From: Eledone cirrhosa
Taxonomy: Eukaryota
Direction: 5' to 3'
DNA: 64,000 nucleotides
Assembly (NCBI GenBank): GCA_964016885.1
Contig: OZ024753.1
Location: 5,022,001-5,086,000 of the forward strand
In this document: positions 13,750 through 27,145 of the stretch, one piece after another
Layout: each line of letters opens with the position of its first letter
Position numbering within the stretch: position 1 is the first letter of the stretch
Made by a program: the position numbers and the translations under genes
The notes under the pieces: generated by a model
Seen by the model: only the letters and a program-made list of their open reading frames with translations
The model's database searches: none
What the model was told of the DNA's origin: nothing

Positions 13750-14870
13750 TACGAGGTACACTCAAGAGGTTTTGAGACTTTTATCAGAGAGACATTTAAT
13801 TAACTCAGATCAACACAAAACTCTAATCTCTCTCAAAGTAGGATCCTCAACTTTAATACACTTGTTGTGGCACTTCAGCCACTTCTTCAAGGCCGCCTTG
13901 TAGTCCGCCAAAGTGAAGGTGTCGAGGGCGCTTCTCACAGCCTCCTTCATCTCCACATTCTCAAATTGTATCCCCCTAAGCTTCTCCTTCAGCTTCGGGA
14001 ACATCCAGAAGTTGCATGGGACTAAGTCTGGACTGTAGGGAAGTTGAGGGAGTATCTTGATCCCCATATCGGCCCAGTAGTTGGTCACCAGGATATATTG
14101 GTGGCATGGGGTATTGCCCTGCTGCAGGTGCCACTGACCAGACGTGAACTGTTCTGGCCTCTTACAATGAATCTCTTTCTGAACTGCCTCAAGACCTCTA
14201 CATAGTACTCTTTGTTGACTGTCTGTTCGTGGGAACCCAGTGGATGTAGATATGCCCTTGCTGTCGATGAATTGGATCATTATGAGCCTTCCAGTAGACC
14301 TGCTTTGCTTGGCTTTCTTTGGTCTCGGGGAGTCAGAATGTTTCCACTGAGCATTCTGTCTCCCCGTTTCTGGATTATAACAGTAGACCCAGCTCTTGTC
14401 ACAGGTTACCAGAGACTCTAGGACTCTTGGATTTGAAACGATCCAATCAACCATCTCCCTGCTGTCATCAACATGCCTCTGCCTTTGGTCTTCATTGAGC
14501 ATCCTGGGAACAAACATTGTGCATGTTCAGATCGTCATGAGTGAATCTGTGTACAGTGCCCTCAGCCACTTCAAATTGTTTAGCAATCGTGAGAAGAAAT
14601 GCATGACCGGCATCGTCCAGAAATTTGCGAATTTTGTTGACCGGCTTTGGTCTCCTGATGTCCCTCTCCCTGACACACCTCATATCATCCCTCACCTGCT
14701 CCCTGCCCTCCTGGAACCTCTTGTGCCAGTGTAAAACAGTCGCTTGGCTCATGAAAGTTGGTCCTTAAGCAGTTTTGACCATTTTATAGGTTTCTGCAGG
14801 TTTTTGCTGAGCTTGACACCATACCTTATTGCATATCGAACTCAAAGTTGTCCTCGTGTCCTGACTGCAT
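13750..14870 (-). mobile_element. Defective Tc1/mariner (mariner DD34D family) transposon; transposase pseudogene
   Basis: Frameshifted ORFs 14752-14492 and 14517-13810 carry an HTH region, a (W/F)VPR motif, TCDKSW and YSPDLVP. The 2nd and 3rd catalytic Asp are mutated (QQGNT, PCNF). One TIR-like end (TA-CGAGGTACACTCAAGAGG) lies at ~13750; no matching second TIR was found. Confidence 0.9.
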
Positions 14871-15336
14871 TGTGGAACCAGTCAGCTGTGACAAGACATG
14901 TATGATGGGTAGTGTTTTAAGTACTGTAGCGGCCCAAACCTTCAACTTGGAGAAAAAAAAAGGATTTGGCATGTTAGCTTATTATAACCATATCAAAGAT
15001 GTATTAGAGTGACAGTTGCATAGGTCAAATATATATATATATGTTGTAATGTTTTTCTTCTTCTCCCACTTATTTCTAGGAGGTTCGTTGGGGCAGACTC
15101 CTTAAGTATCCTTTTTAGTGGGTCCTCTCAGAAGCAACCGTCTCCAATTGATTAGGCTGGATCCCCAACGACATGACCAGCTGAGCTTATGGATATCATT
15201 CAACCATCTTGCTCAAGTTTTACCCCTTGGTCTCTTGCCGGTTGGTTTTACTCATAGAATCTTCACTTTATATAAGTCTGTATTCATCTATTTCTAAACA
15301 TTTGTCTGTGTGCATTCAATTGATTAAGCAGAGAAT

Positions 15337-15650
15337 TGGCAAAGTTTTCATAATGTTTATAGAATGCTTTGCAGTATTCGCTTCGGCTCTCTGCTCTCGG
15401 TTCAACTTTGACTTTCATCCATTCAAAGTTGATAAAAGTAGTACCAGTGTAGTACTGGTGTCGATTCTTCCTCTATATCTCTTTCTCACTTCCATGCTCT
15501 CACTCTCTATCCTTCTCTGGAAGAAATACTCGGTATTCAGGCCTGGAGAGGAAATGGGCTCTGGCAGGTTTAAATATGCCCAAGAAATGCTATATTTCAA
15601 TACGACGCTCCCTACGACTCCCTAAGGAGTTACTTGACCATGCATGCATT
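15337..15650 (+). mobile_element. CORE-type SINE plus associated 3' module
   Basis: TCAACTTTGACTTTCATCC...GATAAAA...GTACCAG core followed by a CTGGAAGAAA...GGGCTCTG module. The same module is seen at 47600-47727, 44850-44960 and (reverse complement) 62960-63080. Confidence 0.65.
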
Positions 15651-15730
15651 CATCCAATTGATTACATATGCCTGTGTATTTGTGTGAGTTTATCGGTGTT
15701 TGCGCGTATATATTTACATACTCGTACATA

Positions 15731-18700
15731 CAAATGGAGAAGAGATGAGGTGAGGGTATTAATATTTGTTTGGTGAGAGAGACAGAAAGGAAATAGCGTT
15801 GTGGTAGGAGGGGGAGCCTAACTATGTTTACAGAATTACTTCCCCTTTGACTGTAAAATTGATCTGATTTAACACACCCGCAAACGGAGGGGAGGTCAGA
15901 GGTTATATTTGCTTGGTGAGAAAGACAGAAAGGAGATAGCATTGTGGTAGGAGGGGGACTCTAACTGTATCTTTACAGAATTACTTCCCTTTGACTGTAA
16001 AATTGATCTGATTGAGCACACCCGCAACTCGTATACTTTTAATGGAATTTCACGAAGTTTAGCTTTTTATTTTACCATTACTTCGTTATTTTTCCTTATC
16101 AATGTTTTGTTATAAACTTGGGAATGTAATTATGGCGAATATATAAATGTTTCTTTGTCGGGTTTTATTAATTTATTTATTTTGTTCGCGATACTTTTAG
16201 CAAACGGAGAACAGGGGGAAGGGTGAGAGGGTTTATATTTTCATGAGAGAGACAGAAAGGAAATATCGTTGTGGTAGGAGGGGCAGTCTGCTTTTTTGTT
16301 TACATAATTACTTCCCTTTGACTGTAAAATTGATCTGATTTTGCACACCCGCAACTCGAATACTTTTAATGGAATTACACGAAGTTTAGCTTTTTATTTT
16401 AGCATTATTTCGTATTTTTCCTTATCAATATTTTGTTATAAAGTTGGGAATGTAATTATGGCGAATATATTAATGTTTCTTTGTCGGGTTTTATTAATTT
16501 ATTTACTTTGGCCGGCATATATTTAGCAAACGGAGAAGAAGGGGAGGGGTGAGAGTTTTTATTTTTGGTGAGAGAGACAGAATAGAGATAGTGCTGTGGT
16601 AGGAGGGGGAGTCTACCTTCTTGTTTACATAATTACTTCCCCTTTGACTTGTAAAACTGATCTGATTTTGCACACCCGCAATTTTATTCTAGGATAGAGA
16701 ATAGAGAAGAGAAGTGAGTGTTTATGTTTGTTTGGTGAGAGATAGAGAAAGGAGATAGGGTAGTGGTAGGAGGGGGTCAGATGTAATGACAGAGCGGTGG
16801 GAAGAGAAAGGCCGATTAATACAGAGGAGCTGCAGAAAGAGCGAGAGAGAGACACAAAGAGAGGGGGGATGTTGAGTGCATACGAGGTAAGGCAGAGATG
16901 GGGAAAGAAGAGACAAAGAGATAGAGAAAAGTCTCTGTGAGAGAAGGGGCTGACAGAAAGAGAGAGAAAGACAGGTTGTGTGAGAGGGGTTAAAGAAAGG
17001 GAGAGAGAGTGAAGCAATAAGTAAATGAAGGGGAGTGAGTTGAGAGTCAGTTCGTGATTAAATGGAAGAAAACCAGACGATACAATATGAAATATTAAAC
17101 ACGATATTAGAAATATAATTTTGTAAATAAGACAATAATTTATGTACATGTGTTTACAAGTATATTTGTATATAGTCGCACATGTTTATGACTATCGTCT
17201 GCCAATACAACAGCAATACTTTTAACGAAATTTCACGAAGTTTAGCTTTTTATTTACCATTATTTCGTATTTTTCCTTATCAATGTTTTGTTATAAAGGT
17301 GTGAATGTAATTATGACGAATATATTAATGTTTCTTTGTCGGGTTTTACTAATTTATTTATTTTGTTCGGGATATATTTAGCAAACGGAGAAGAGGAGGA
17401 GGGGTGAGAGTGTTTATATTTTTGGTGAGAGAGACAGAATGGAGATAGTGCTGTGGTAGGAGGGGGAGTCTCTGTGTTTGTTTACATAATTACTTCCCCT
17501 TTGACTGTAAAATTGATCTGATTTTGCACACCCGCAATTGTATTCTAGGAGAGAGAACGGAGAAGAGAAGTGAGTGGTTATTTATGGTTGGTGAGAGATA
17601 GAGAAAGGAGATTGGGTAGCGGGAGGAGGTGGTCAGATGTAAAGACAGAGAGAGCGGAAGAGAAAGGCCGATTAATACAGAGGAGCTGCAGAAATAAAAA
17701 GAAAGAGATAGAGAGTGACTATAGGAGGGAGATAGAGAGAAGGGGGCTGGCAGAAAGAAAGAAAGACAGGCTGTGTGAGAAGGGGTTAAAGAAAGGTAGA
17801 GAGAGTGAAACAATACGTAATTGAAGGGGAGTGAGTTCAGAGTCAATTCGTGATTAAATGGAAGAAAGCCAGACAATACGATATGAAATATTAAACACGA
17901 TATTAGAAATATAATTTTGTAAATAAAACAATACTTTATATACATACATGCATACATAAATATATACATGTGTTTACAGGTATAGTTCTATGTATACACA
18001 CACATACTTATAACTATCGTCTGCCAATACAACACGAAAACTTTTAACGGAATTTCACGAAGTTTAGCTTATTATTTTACCATTACTTCGTTATTTTCCC
18101 TTATCAATGTTTTGTTATAAAGGTGTGAATGTAATTATGGCGAATATATTAATGTTTCTTTTCGGGTTTTATTAATTTATTTATTTTGGCCGGGATATAT
18201 TTAGCAAACGGAGAAGAGGAGAGGTGATAGTGCTTGGTGAGAGAGACAGAATGGAAATAGCGTTGTGGTAGGAGGGGGAGTTTACCTTTTTGTTTGCATA
18301 ATTACTTCCCCTTTGACTGTAAAATTGATCTGATTTAACACACCCGCAAACGGAGGGGAGGTCAGAGTTTATTTTTGCTTGGTGAGAAAGACAGAAAGGA
18401 AATAGCATTGTGGTAGGAGGGGGACTCTAACTGTATCTTTACAGAATTACTTCCCTTTGACTGTAAAATTGATCTGATTTAGCACACTCGCAACTCGAAT
18501 ACTTTTAATGGAATTACACGAAGTTTAGCTTTTTATTTTACCATTACTTCGTAGTTTTCCTTATCAATGTTTTGTTATAAATTTGGGAATGTAATTATGG
18601 CGAATATATTAATGTTTCTTTGTCGGATTTTATTAATTTATTTATTTTGTTCGCGATACTTTTAGCAAACGAAGGAGATGGGGAGGGGTGAGAGTGTTTT

Positions 18701-21700
18701 TATTTTTGGTGAGAGAGACAGAATAGAGATAGTGCTGTGGTAGGAGGGGGAGTCTACCTTCTTGTTTACATAATTACTTCCCCTTTGACTGTAAAATTGA
18801 TCTGATTTTGCACACCCGCAATTTTATTCTAGGAGAGAGAATAGAGAAGAGAAGTGAGTGTTTATGTTTGTTTGGTGAGAAATAGAGAAAGGAGATAGGG
18901 TAGTGGTAGTAGGAGGTCAGATGTAAAGACAGAGAGAGGCAGATTAATACAGAGGAGCTGCAGAAATAAAAAGAAAGAAATAGAGAGTGACTATAGGAGG
19001 TAAACAGCGACAGAGAGAAAGTCTCTGTGAGGGAAAGACAAGCTGTATGAGAGGGGATAAAAGAAAGAGAGAGAGAGTGAAACAATAAGTAAATAAAGGG
19101 GAGTGAGTTCAGAGTCAATTCGTGATTAGAAGGAAAAAAGCCAGACAATACAATATGAAATATTAAACACGATATTAGAAATATAATTTTGTAAATAAGA
19201 CAATAATTTATGTACATGTGTTTACAAGTATATTTGTATATAGTCGCACATGTTTATGACTATCGTCTGCCAATACAACAGCAATACGTTTAACGAAATT
19301 TCACGAAGTTTAGCTTTTTATTTACCATTACTTCGTTATTTTTCCTTATCAATGTTTCGTTATAAAGTTGTGAATGTAATTATGGCGAATATATTAATGT
19401 TTCTTTGTCGGGTTTTCTTAATTTATTTATTTTGGCCGGGATATATTTAGTAAACGGAGAAGAAGGGGAGGGGTGAGAGTGTTTATATTTTTGGTGAGAG
19501 AGACAGAAAGGAAATAACGTTGTGGTGGGAGTGGGAGTATTTCTCTTTGTTTACATTATTACTTCCCCTTTGACTGTAAAATTGATCTGATTTTGCACAC
19601 CCGCAATTTTATTCCAGGAGAGAGAACGAAGAAGAGAAGTGAGTGTTTATGTATGGCTGGTGAGAGATAGAGAAAGGAGATAGGGTAGTGGTAGGAGGTG
19701 GTCAGATGTAATGACACAATGATGGGAAGAGAAAGGCCGATTAATACAGAGGAGCTGCAGAAAGAGCGAGAGAGAGACACAAAGAGAGGGGGAATGTTGA
19801 GTGCAGTCGAGGTAAGGCAGAGATGTGGAAAGAATAAGAAAGATTTTAGAAAAAAAGTAGAAAGTGCATAGAAAGAGAGAGAGGGGGATACAAAAGGAAA
19901 CAGATATGGAGTGACTATAGGAGGGAAACAGCGGCAGAGAGAAAGAGATAGAGAAAAGTCTCTGTGAGAGAAGGGGCTGACAGAAAGAGAGAGAAAGACA
20001 GGTTGTGTGAGAGGGGGTTAAAGAAAGGGAGAGAGAGTGAAGCAATAAGTAAATGAAGGGGAGTGAGTTGAGAGTCAGTTCGTGATTAAATGGAAGAAAA
20101 CCAGACGCCACAATATGAAATATTAAACACGATATTAGAAATATAATTTTGTAGACAAGACTATAATTTATACACGTAAATGCATACATAAATATACATA
20201 TGTTTACAGTTATATTTCTATGTATACACAAATACTTATAACTATCGTCTGTCAACACAACACGAATACTTTTAACGGAATTTCACGAAGTTTAGCTTAT
20301 TTTTTTACAATTACTTCGTTATTTTCCCTTATCAATGTTTTGTTATAAAGGTGTGAATGTAATTATGACAAATATATTAATGTTTCATTGTCGGGTTTTC
20401 TTAATTTATTTATTTTGGCCGGGATATATTTAGTAAACGTAGAAGAGGAGGAGGGGTGAGAGTGTTTATATTTTTGGTGAGAGAGACAGAAAGGAAATAT
20501 CGTTGTGGTAGGAGGGGGAGTCTGCTTCTTTGTTTACATTATTACTTCCCCTTTGACTGTAAAATTGATCTGATTTTGCACACCCGCAATTTTATTCTAG
20601 GAGAGAGAATGGAGAAGAGAAGTGAGTGTTTATGTATGGCTGGTGAGAGATAGAGAAAGGAGATTGGGTAGTGGTAGGAGGTGGTCAGATGTAAAGACAG
20701 AGAGCGGAAGAGAAAGGCAGATTAATACAGAGGAGCTGCAGAAACAAAAAGAAAGAGATAGAGAGTGACTATAGAAGGAAGACAGAGAGAAAGAGAAAGA
20801 CAGGCTGTGTGAGAGGAGTTTAAAGAAAGGTAGAGAGAGTGAAACAATAAGTAAATGAAGGGGAGTGAGTTGAGAGTCAATTCGTGATTAAATGGAAGAA
20901 AACCAGACGCCACAATATGAAATATTAAACACGATATTAGAAATATAATTTTGTAAATAAGACAATAATTTATGTACATGTGTTTACAAGTATATTTGTA
21001 TATAGTAGCACATGTTTATGACTATCGTCTGCCAATACAACAGCAATACTTTTAACGAAATTTCACGAAGTTTAGCTTTTTATTTAACATTACTTCGTTA
21101 TTTTTCCTTATCAATGTTTCGTTATAAAGGTGTGAATGTAATTATGACGAATATATTAATGTTTCTTTGTCGGGTTTTATTTATTTATTTATTTTGTTCG
21201 AGATATATTTAATAAACGGAGAAGGGGAGGGGTGAGAGTGTTTATATTTTTGGTGAGAAAGACAGAATTGAGATAGTGCTGTAGTAGGAGGGGGAGTCTG
21301 CTTTTTTGTTTACATAATTACTTCCCCTTTGAATGTAAAATTGATCTGATTTTGCACACCCGCAATTGTATTCTAGGAGAGAGAACGAAGAAGAGAAGTG
21401 AGTGTTTATGTATGGCTGGTGAGGGATAGAGAAAGGGGATTGGGTAGTGGTAGGAGGTGGTCAGATATAAAGACAGAGAGCGGAAGAGAAAGGCAGATTA
21501 ATACAGAGGAGCTGCAGAAACAAAAAGAAAGAGATAGAGATTGACTATAGAAGGAAGACGGAGAGAAGGGGGCTAGCAGAAAGAAAGAGAAAGACAGGCT
21601 GTGTGAGAGGGGGTTAAAGAAAGGTAGAGAGAGTGAAACAATAAGTAAATGAAGAAGAGTGAGTTGATAGTCAATTCGGGATTAAATGGATGAAAACAAT

Positions 21701-24700
21701 ACGACACAATACGAGATATTAAACACGATATTAGAAATATAATTTTGTAGACAAGACAATTATTTATACACGTAAATGCATACATAAATATACATATGTT
21801 TACAGTTATATTTCTATGTATACACAAATACTTATAACTATCGTCCGTCAATACAACATGAATACTTTTAACTGAATTTCACGAAGTTTAGCTTATTATT
21901 TTACAATTACTTCGTTATTTTCCCTTATCAATGTTTTGTTATAAAGGTGTGAATGTAATTATGACGAATATATTAATATTTCATTGTCGGGTTTTCTTAA
22001 TTTATTTATTTTGGCCGGGATATATTTAGTAAACGTAGAAGAGGGGGAGGGTGAGAGTGTTTATATTTTTGGTGAGAGAGACAGAAAGGAAATAACGTTG
22101 TGGTGGGAGTGGGAGTATTTCTCTTTGTTTACATTATTACTTCCCCTTTGACTGTAAAATTGATCTGATTTTGCACACCCGCAATTTTATTCTAGGAGAG
22201 AGAATGAAAAAGAGAAGTGAGTGTTTATGTATGGCTGGTGAGAGATAGAGAAAGGAGATTGGGTAGTGGTAGGAGGTGGTAAGATGTAAAGACAGAGAGC
22301 GGAAGAGAAAGGCAGATTAATACAGAGGAGCTGCAGAAACAAAAAGAAAGAGATAGAGAGTGACTATAGAAGGAAGACAGAGAGAAGGGTGCTAGCAGAA
22401 AGAAAGAGAAAGACAGGCTGTGTGAGAGGAGTTTAAAGAAAGGTAGAGAGAGTGAAACAATAAGTAAATGAAGGGGAGTGAGGTGAGAGTCAATTCGTGA
22501 TTAAATGGATGAAAACAAGACGACACAATACGAGATATTAAACACGATATTAGAAATATAATTTTGTAGACAAGACTATAATTTATACACGTAAATGCAT
22601 ACATAAATATACATATGTTTACAGTTATATTTCTATGTATACACAAATACTTATAACTATCGTCTGTCAATACAACACGAATACTTTTAACGGAATTTCA
22701 CGAAGTTTAGCTTATTTTTTTACAATTACTTCGTTATTTTCCCTTATCAATGTTTTGTTATAAAGGTGTGAATGTAATTATGACAAATATATTAATGTTT
22801 CATTGTCGGGTTTTCTTAATTTATTTATTTTGGCCGGGATATATTTAGTAAACGTAGAAGAGGAGGAGGGGTGAGAGTGTTTATATTTTTGGTGAGAGAG
22901 ACAGAAAGGAAATATCGTTGTGGTAGGAGGGGGAGTCTGCTTCTTTGTTTACATTATTACTTCCCCTTTGACTGTAAAATTGATCTGATTTTGCACACCC
23001 GCAATTTTATTCTAGGAGAGAGAATGAAAAAGAGAAGTGAGTGTTTATGTATGGCTGGTGAGAGATAGAGAAAGGAGATTGGGTAGTGGTAGGAGGTGGT
23101 CAGATGTAAAGACAGAGAGCGGAAGAGAAAGGCAGATTAATACAGAGGAGCTGCAGAAACAAAAAGAAAGAGATAGAGAGTGACTATAGAAGGAAGACAG
23201 AGAGAAAGAGAAAGACAGGCTGTGTGAGAGGAGTTTAAAGAAAGGTAGAGAGAGTGAAACAATAAGTAAATGAAGGGGAGTGAGTTGAGAGTCAATTCGT
23301 GATTAAATGGAAGAAAACCAGACGCCACAATATGAAATATTAAACACGATATTAGAAATATAATTTTGTAAATAAGACAATAATTTATGTACATGTGTTT
23401 ACAAGTATATTTGTATATAGTAGCACATGTTTATGACTATCGTCTGCCAATACAACAGCAATACTTTTAACGAAATTTCACGAAGTTTAGCTTTTTATTT
23501 AACATTACTTCGTTATTTTTCCTTATCAATGTTTCGTTATAAAGGTGTGAATGTAATTATGACGAATATATTAATGTTTCTTTGTCGGGTTTTATTTATT
23601 TATTTATTTTGTTCGAGATATATTTAATAAACGGAGAAGGGGAGGGGTGAGAGTGTTTATATTTTTGGTGAGAAAGACAGAATTGAGATAGTGCTGTAGT
23701 AGGAGGGGGAGTCTGCTTTTTTGTTTACATAATTACTTCCCCTTTGAATGTAAAATTGATCTGATTTTGCACACCCGCAATTGTATTCTAGGAGAGAGAA
23801 CGAAGAAGAGAAGTGAGTGTTTATGTATGGCTGGTGAGGGATAGAGAAAGGGGATTGGGTAGTGGTAGGAGGTGGTCAGATATAAAGACAGAGAGCGGAA
23901 GAGAAAGGCAGATTAATACAGAGGAGCTGCAGAAACAAAAAGAAAGAGATAGAGATTGACTATAGAAGGAAGACGGAGAGAAGGGGGCTAGCAGAAAGAA
24001 AGAGAAAGACAGGCTGTGTGAGAGGGGGTTAAAGAAAGGTAGAGAGAGTGAAACAATAAGTAAATGAAGAAGAGTGAGTTGATAGTCAATTCGGGATTAA
24101 ATGGATGAAAACAATACGACACAATACGAGATATTAAACACGATATTAGAAATATAATTTTGTAGACAAGACAATTATTTATACACGTAAATGCATACAT
24201 AAATATACATATGTTTACAGTTATATTTCTATGTATACACAAATACTTATAACTATCGTCCGTCAATACAACATGAATACTTTTAACTGAATTTCACGAA
24301 GTTTAGCTTATTATTTTACAATTACTTCGTTATTTTCCCTTATCAATGTTTTGTTATAAAGGTGTGAATGTAATTATGACGAATATATTAATATTTCATT
24401 GTCGGGTTTTCTTAATTTATTTATTTTGGCCGGGATATATTTAGTAAACGTAGAAGAGGGGGAGGGTGAGAGTGTTTATATTTTTGGTGAGAGAGACAGA
24501 AAGGAAATAACGTTGTGGTGGGAGTGGGAGTATTTCTCTTTGTTTACATTATTACTTCCCCTTTGACTGTAAAATTGATCTGATTTTGCACACCCGCAAT
24601 TTTATTCTAGGAGAGAGAATGAAAAAGAGAAGTGAGTGTTTATGTATGGCTGGTGAGAGATAGAGAAAGGAGATTGGGTAGTGGTAGGAGGTGGTAAGAT

Positions 24701-27145
24701 GTAAAGACAGAGAGCGGAAGAGAAAGGCAGATTAATACAGAGGAGCTGCAGAAACAAAAAGAAAGAGATAGAGAGTGACTATAGAAGGAAGACAGAGAGA
24801 AGGGTGCTAGCAGAAAGAAAGAGAAAGACAGGCTGTGTGAGAGGAGTTTAAAGAAAGGTAGAGAGAGTGAAACAATAAGTAAATGAAGGGGAGTGAGGTG
24901 AGAGTCAATTCGTGATTAAATGGATGAAAACAAGACGACACAATACGAGATATTAAACACGATATTAGAAATATAATTTTGTAGACAAGACTATAATTTA
25001 TACACGTAAATGCATACATAAATATACATATGTTTACAGTTATATTTCTATGTATACACAAATACTTATAACTATCGTCTGTCAATACAACACGAATACT
25101 TTTAACGGAATTTCACGAAGTTTAGCTTATTTTTTTACAATTACTTCGTTATTTTCCCTTATCAATGTTTTGTTATAAAGGTGTGAATGTAATTATGACA
25201 AATATATTAATGTTTCATTGTCGGGTTTTCTTAATTTATTTATTTTGGCCGGGATATATTTAGTAAACGTAGAAGAGGAGGAGGGGTGAGAGTGTTTATA
25301 TTTTTGGTGAGAGAGACAGAAAGGAAATATCGTTGTGGTAGGAGGGGGAGTCTGCTTCTTTGTTTACATTATTACTTCCCCTTTGACTGTAAAATTGATC
25401 TGATTTTGCACACCCGCAATTTTATTCTAGGAGAGAGAATGAAAAAGAGAAGTGAGTGTTTATGTATGGCTGGTGAGAGATAGAGAAAGGAGATTGGGTA
25501 GTGGTAGGAGGTGGTCAGATGTAAAGACAGAGAGCGGAAGAGAAAGGCAGATTAATACAGAGGAGCTGCAGAAACAAAAAGAAAGAGATAGAGAGTGACT
25601 ATAGAAGGAAGACAGAGAGAAAGAGAAAGACAGGCTGTGTGAGAGGAGTTTAAAGAAAGGTAGAGAGAGTGAAACAATAAGTAAATGAAGGGGAGTGAGT
25701 TGAGAGTCAATTCGTGATTAAATGGATGAAAACAAGACGAGATATTAAACACGATATTAGAAATATAATTTTGTAGACAAGACTATAATTTATACACGTA
25801 AATGCATACATAAATATACATATGTTTACAGTTATATTTCTATGTATACACAAATACTTATAACTATCGTCTGTCAACACAACACGAATACTTTTAACGG
25901 AATTTCACGAAGTTTAGCTTATTTTTTTACAATTACTTCGTTATTTTCCCTTATCAATGTTTTGTTATAAAGGTGTGAATGTAATTATGACGAATATATT
26001 AATATTTCATTGTCGGGTTTTCTTAATTTATTTATTTTGGCCGGGATATATTTAGTAAACGTAGAAGAGGGGGAGGGTGAGAGTGTTTATATTTTTGGTG
26101 AGAGAGACAGAAAGGAAATAACGTTGTGGTGGGAGTGGGAGTATTTCTCTTTGTTTACATTATTACTTCCCCTTTGACTGTAAAATTGATCTGATTTTGC
26201 ACACCCGCAATTTTATTCCAGGAGAGAGAACGAAGAAGAGAAGTGAGTGTTTATGTATGGCTGGTGAGAGATAGAGAAAGGAGATTGGGTAGTGGTAGGA
26301 GGTGGTAAGATGTAAAGACAGAGAGCGGAAGAGAAAGGCAGATTAATACAGAGGAGCTGCAGAAACAAAAAGAAAGAGATAGAGAGTGACTATAGAAGGA
26401 AGACAGAGAGAAGGGGGCTAGCAGAAAGAAAGAGAAAGACAGGCTTTGTGAGAAGGGGTTAAAGAAAGGTAGAGAGAGTGAAACAATAAGTAAATGAAGG
26501 GGAGTGAGTTGAGAGTCAATTCGGGATTAAATGGATGAAAACAATACGACACAATACACGATATTAGAAATATAATTTTGTAGACAAGACAATTATTTAT
26601 ACACGTAAATGCATACATAAATATACATATGTTTACAGTTATATTTCTATGTATACACACATACTTATAACTATCGTCTGTCAATACAACACGAATACTT
26701 TTAACGGAATTTCACGAAGTTTAGCTTATTATTTTACCATTACTTCGTTATTTTCCCTTATCAATGTTTTGTTATAAAGGTGTGAATGTAATTATGACGA
26801 ATATATTAATGTTTCTTTGTCGGGTTTTCTTAATTTATTTATTTTGGCCGGGATATATTTAGTAAACGTAGAAGATGGGGAGGGGTGAGAGTGTTTATAT
26901 TTTTGGTGAGAGTGACAGAAAGGAAATAACATTGTGGTGGGAGTAGGAGTATTTCTCTTTGTTTACATTATTACTTCCCCTTTGACTGTAAAATTGATCT
27001 GATTTTGCACACCCGCAATCTTATTCCAGCAGAGAACAGAGAAGTGAGTATTTTCGTTTTGTTTGTGAGAGATAGGGTAATGGTAGGAGGGGTTCAAATG
27101 TGAAGACAGAGAGAGGGAGGGGATGAGAAGGAGAGAAAAGCAGGG
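15731..27145 (-). repeat. Tandem satellite array, arm 2 (reverse complement of the arm 1 family; 3-mer HOR 2415 bp)
   Basis: The reverse-complement core ATTACTTCCCCTTTGACTGTAAAATTGATCTGATTTTGCACACCCGC occurs ~18 times. Spacings 776+819+820=2415 (ORF track 20456/22871/25286). Short 145-330 bp units lie at the inner end. Confidence 0.96.

Noticed and set aside
2-26684. Dozens of recurring 60-200 aa ORFs (MFIILVRETERKY..., MLYLAEDSYKY...) suggesting a tandem gene array
   Set aside because: They are translations of satellite monomers: mostly non-ATG starts, low-complexity Ser/Leu/Phe from CT tracts, frame-breaking indels between copies and no recognisable domain.
1-27145. CRISPR-like array, or rDNA/histone/snRNA tandem locus
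   Set aside because: Sequence between the conserved boxes is itself repeated (no unique spacers), the context is eukaryotic with no cas genes, and I recognised no 5S, tRNA, snRNA or histone sequence in the monomer.
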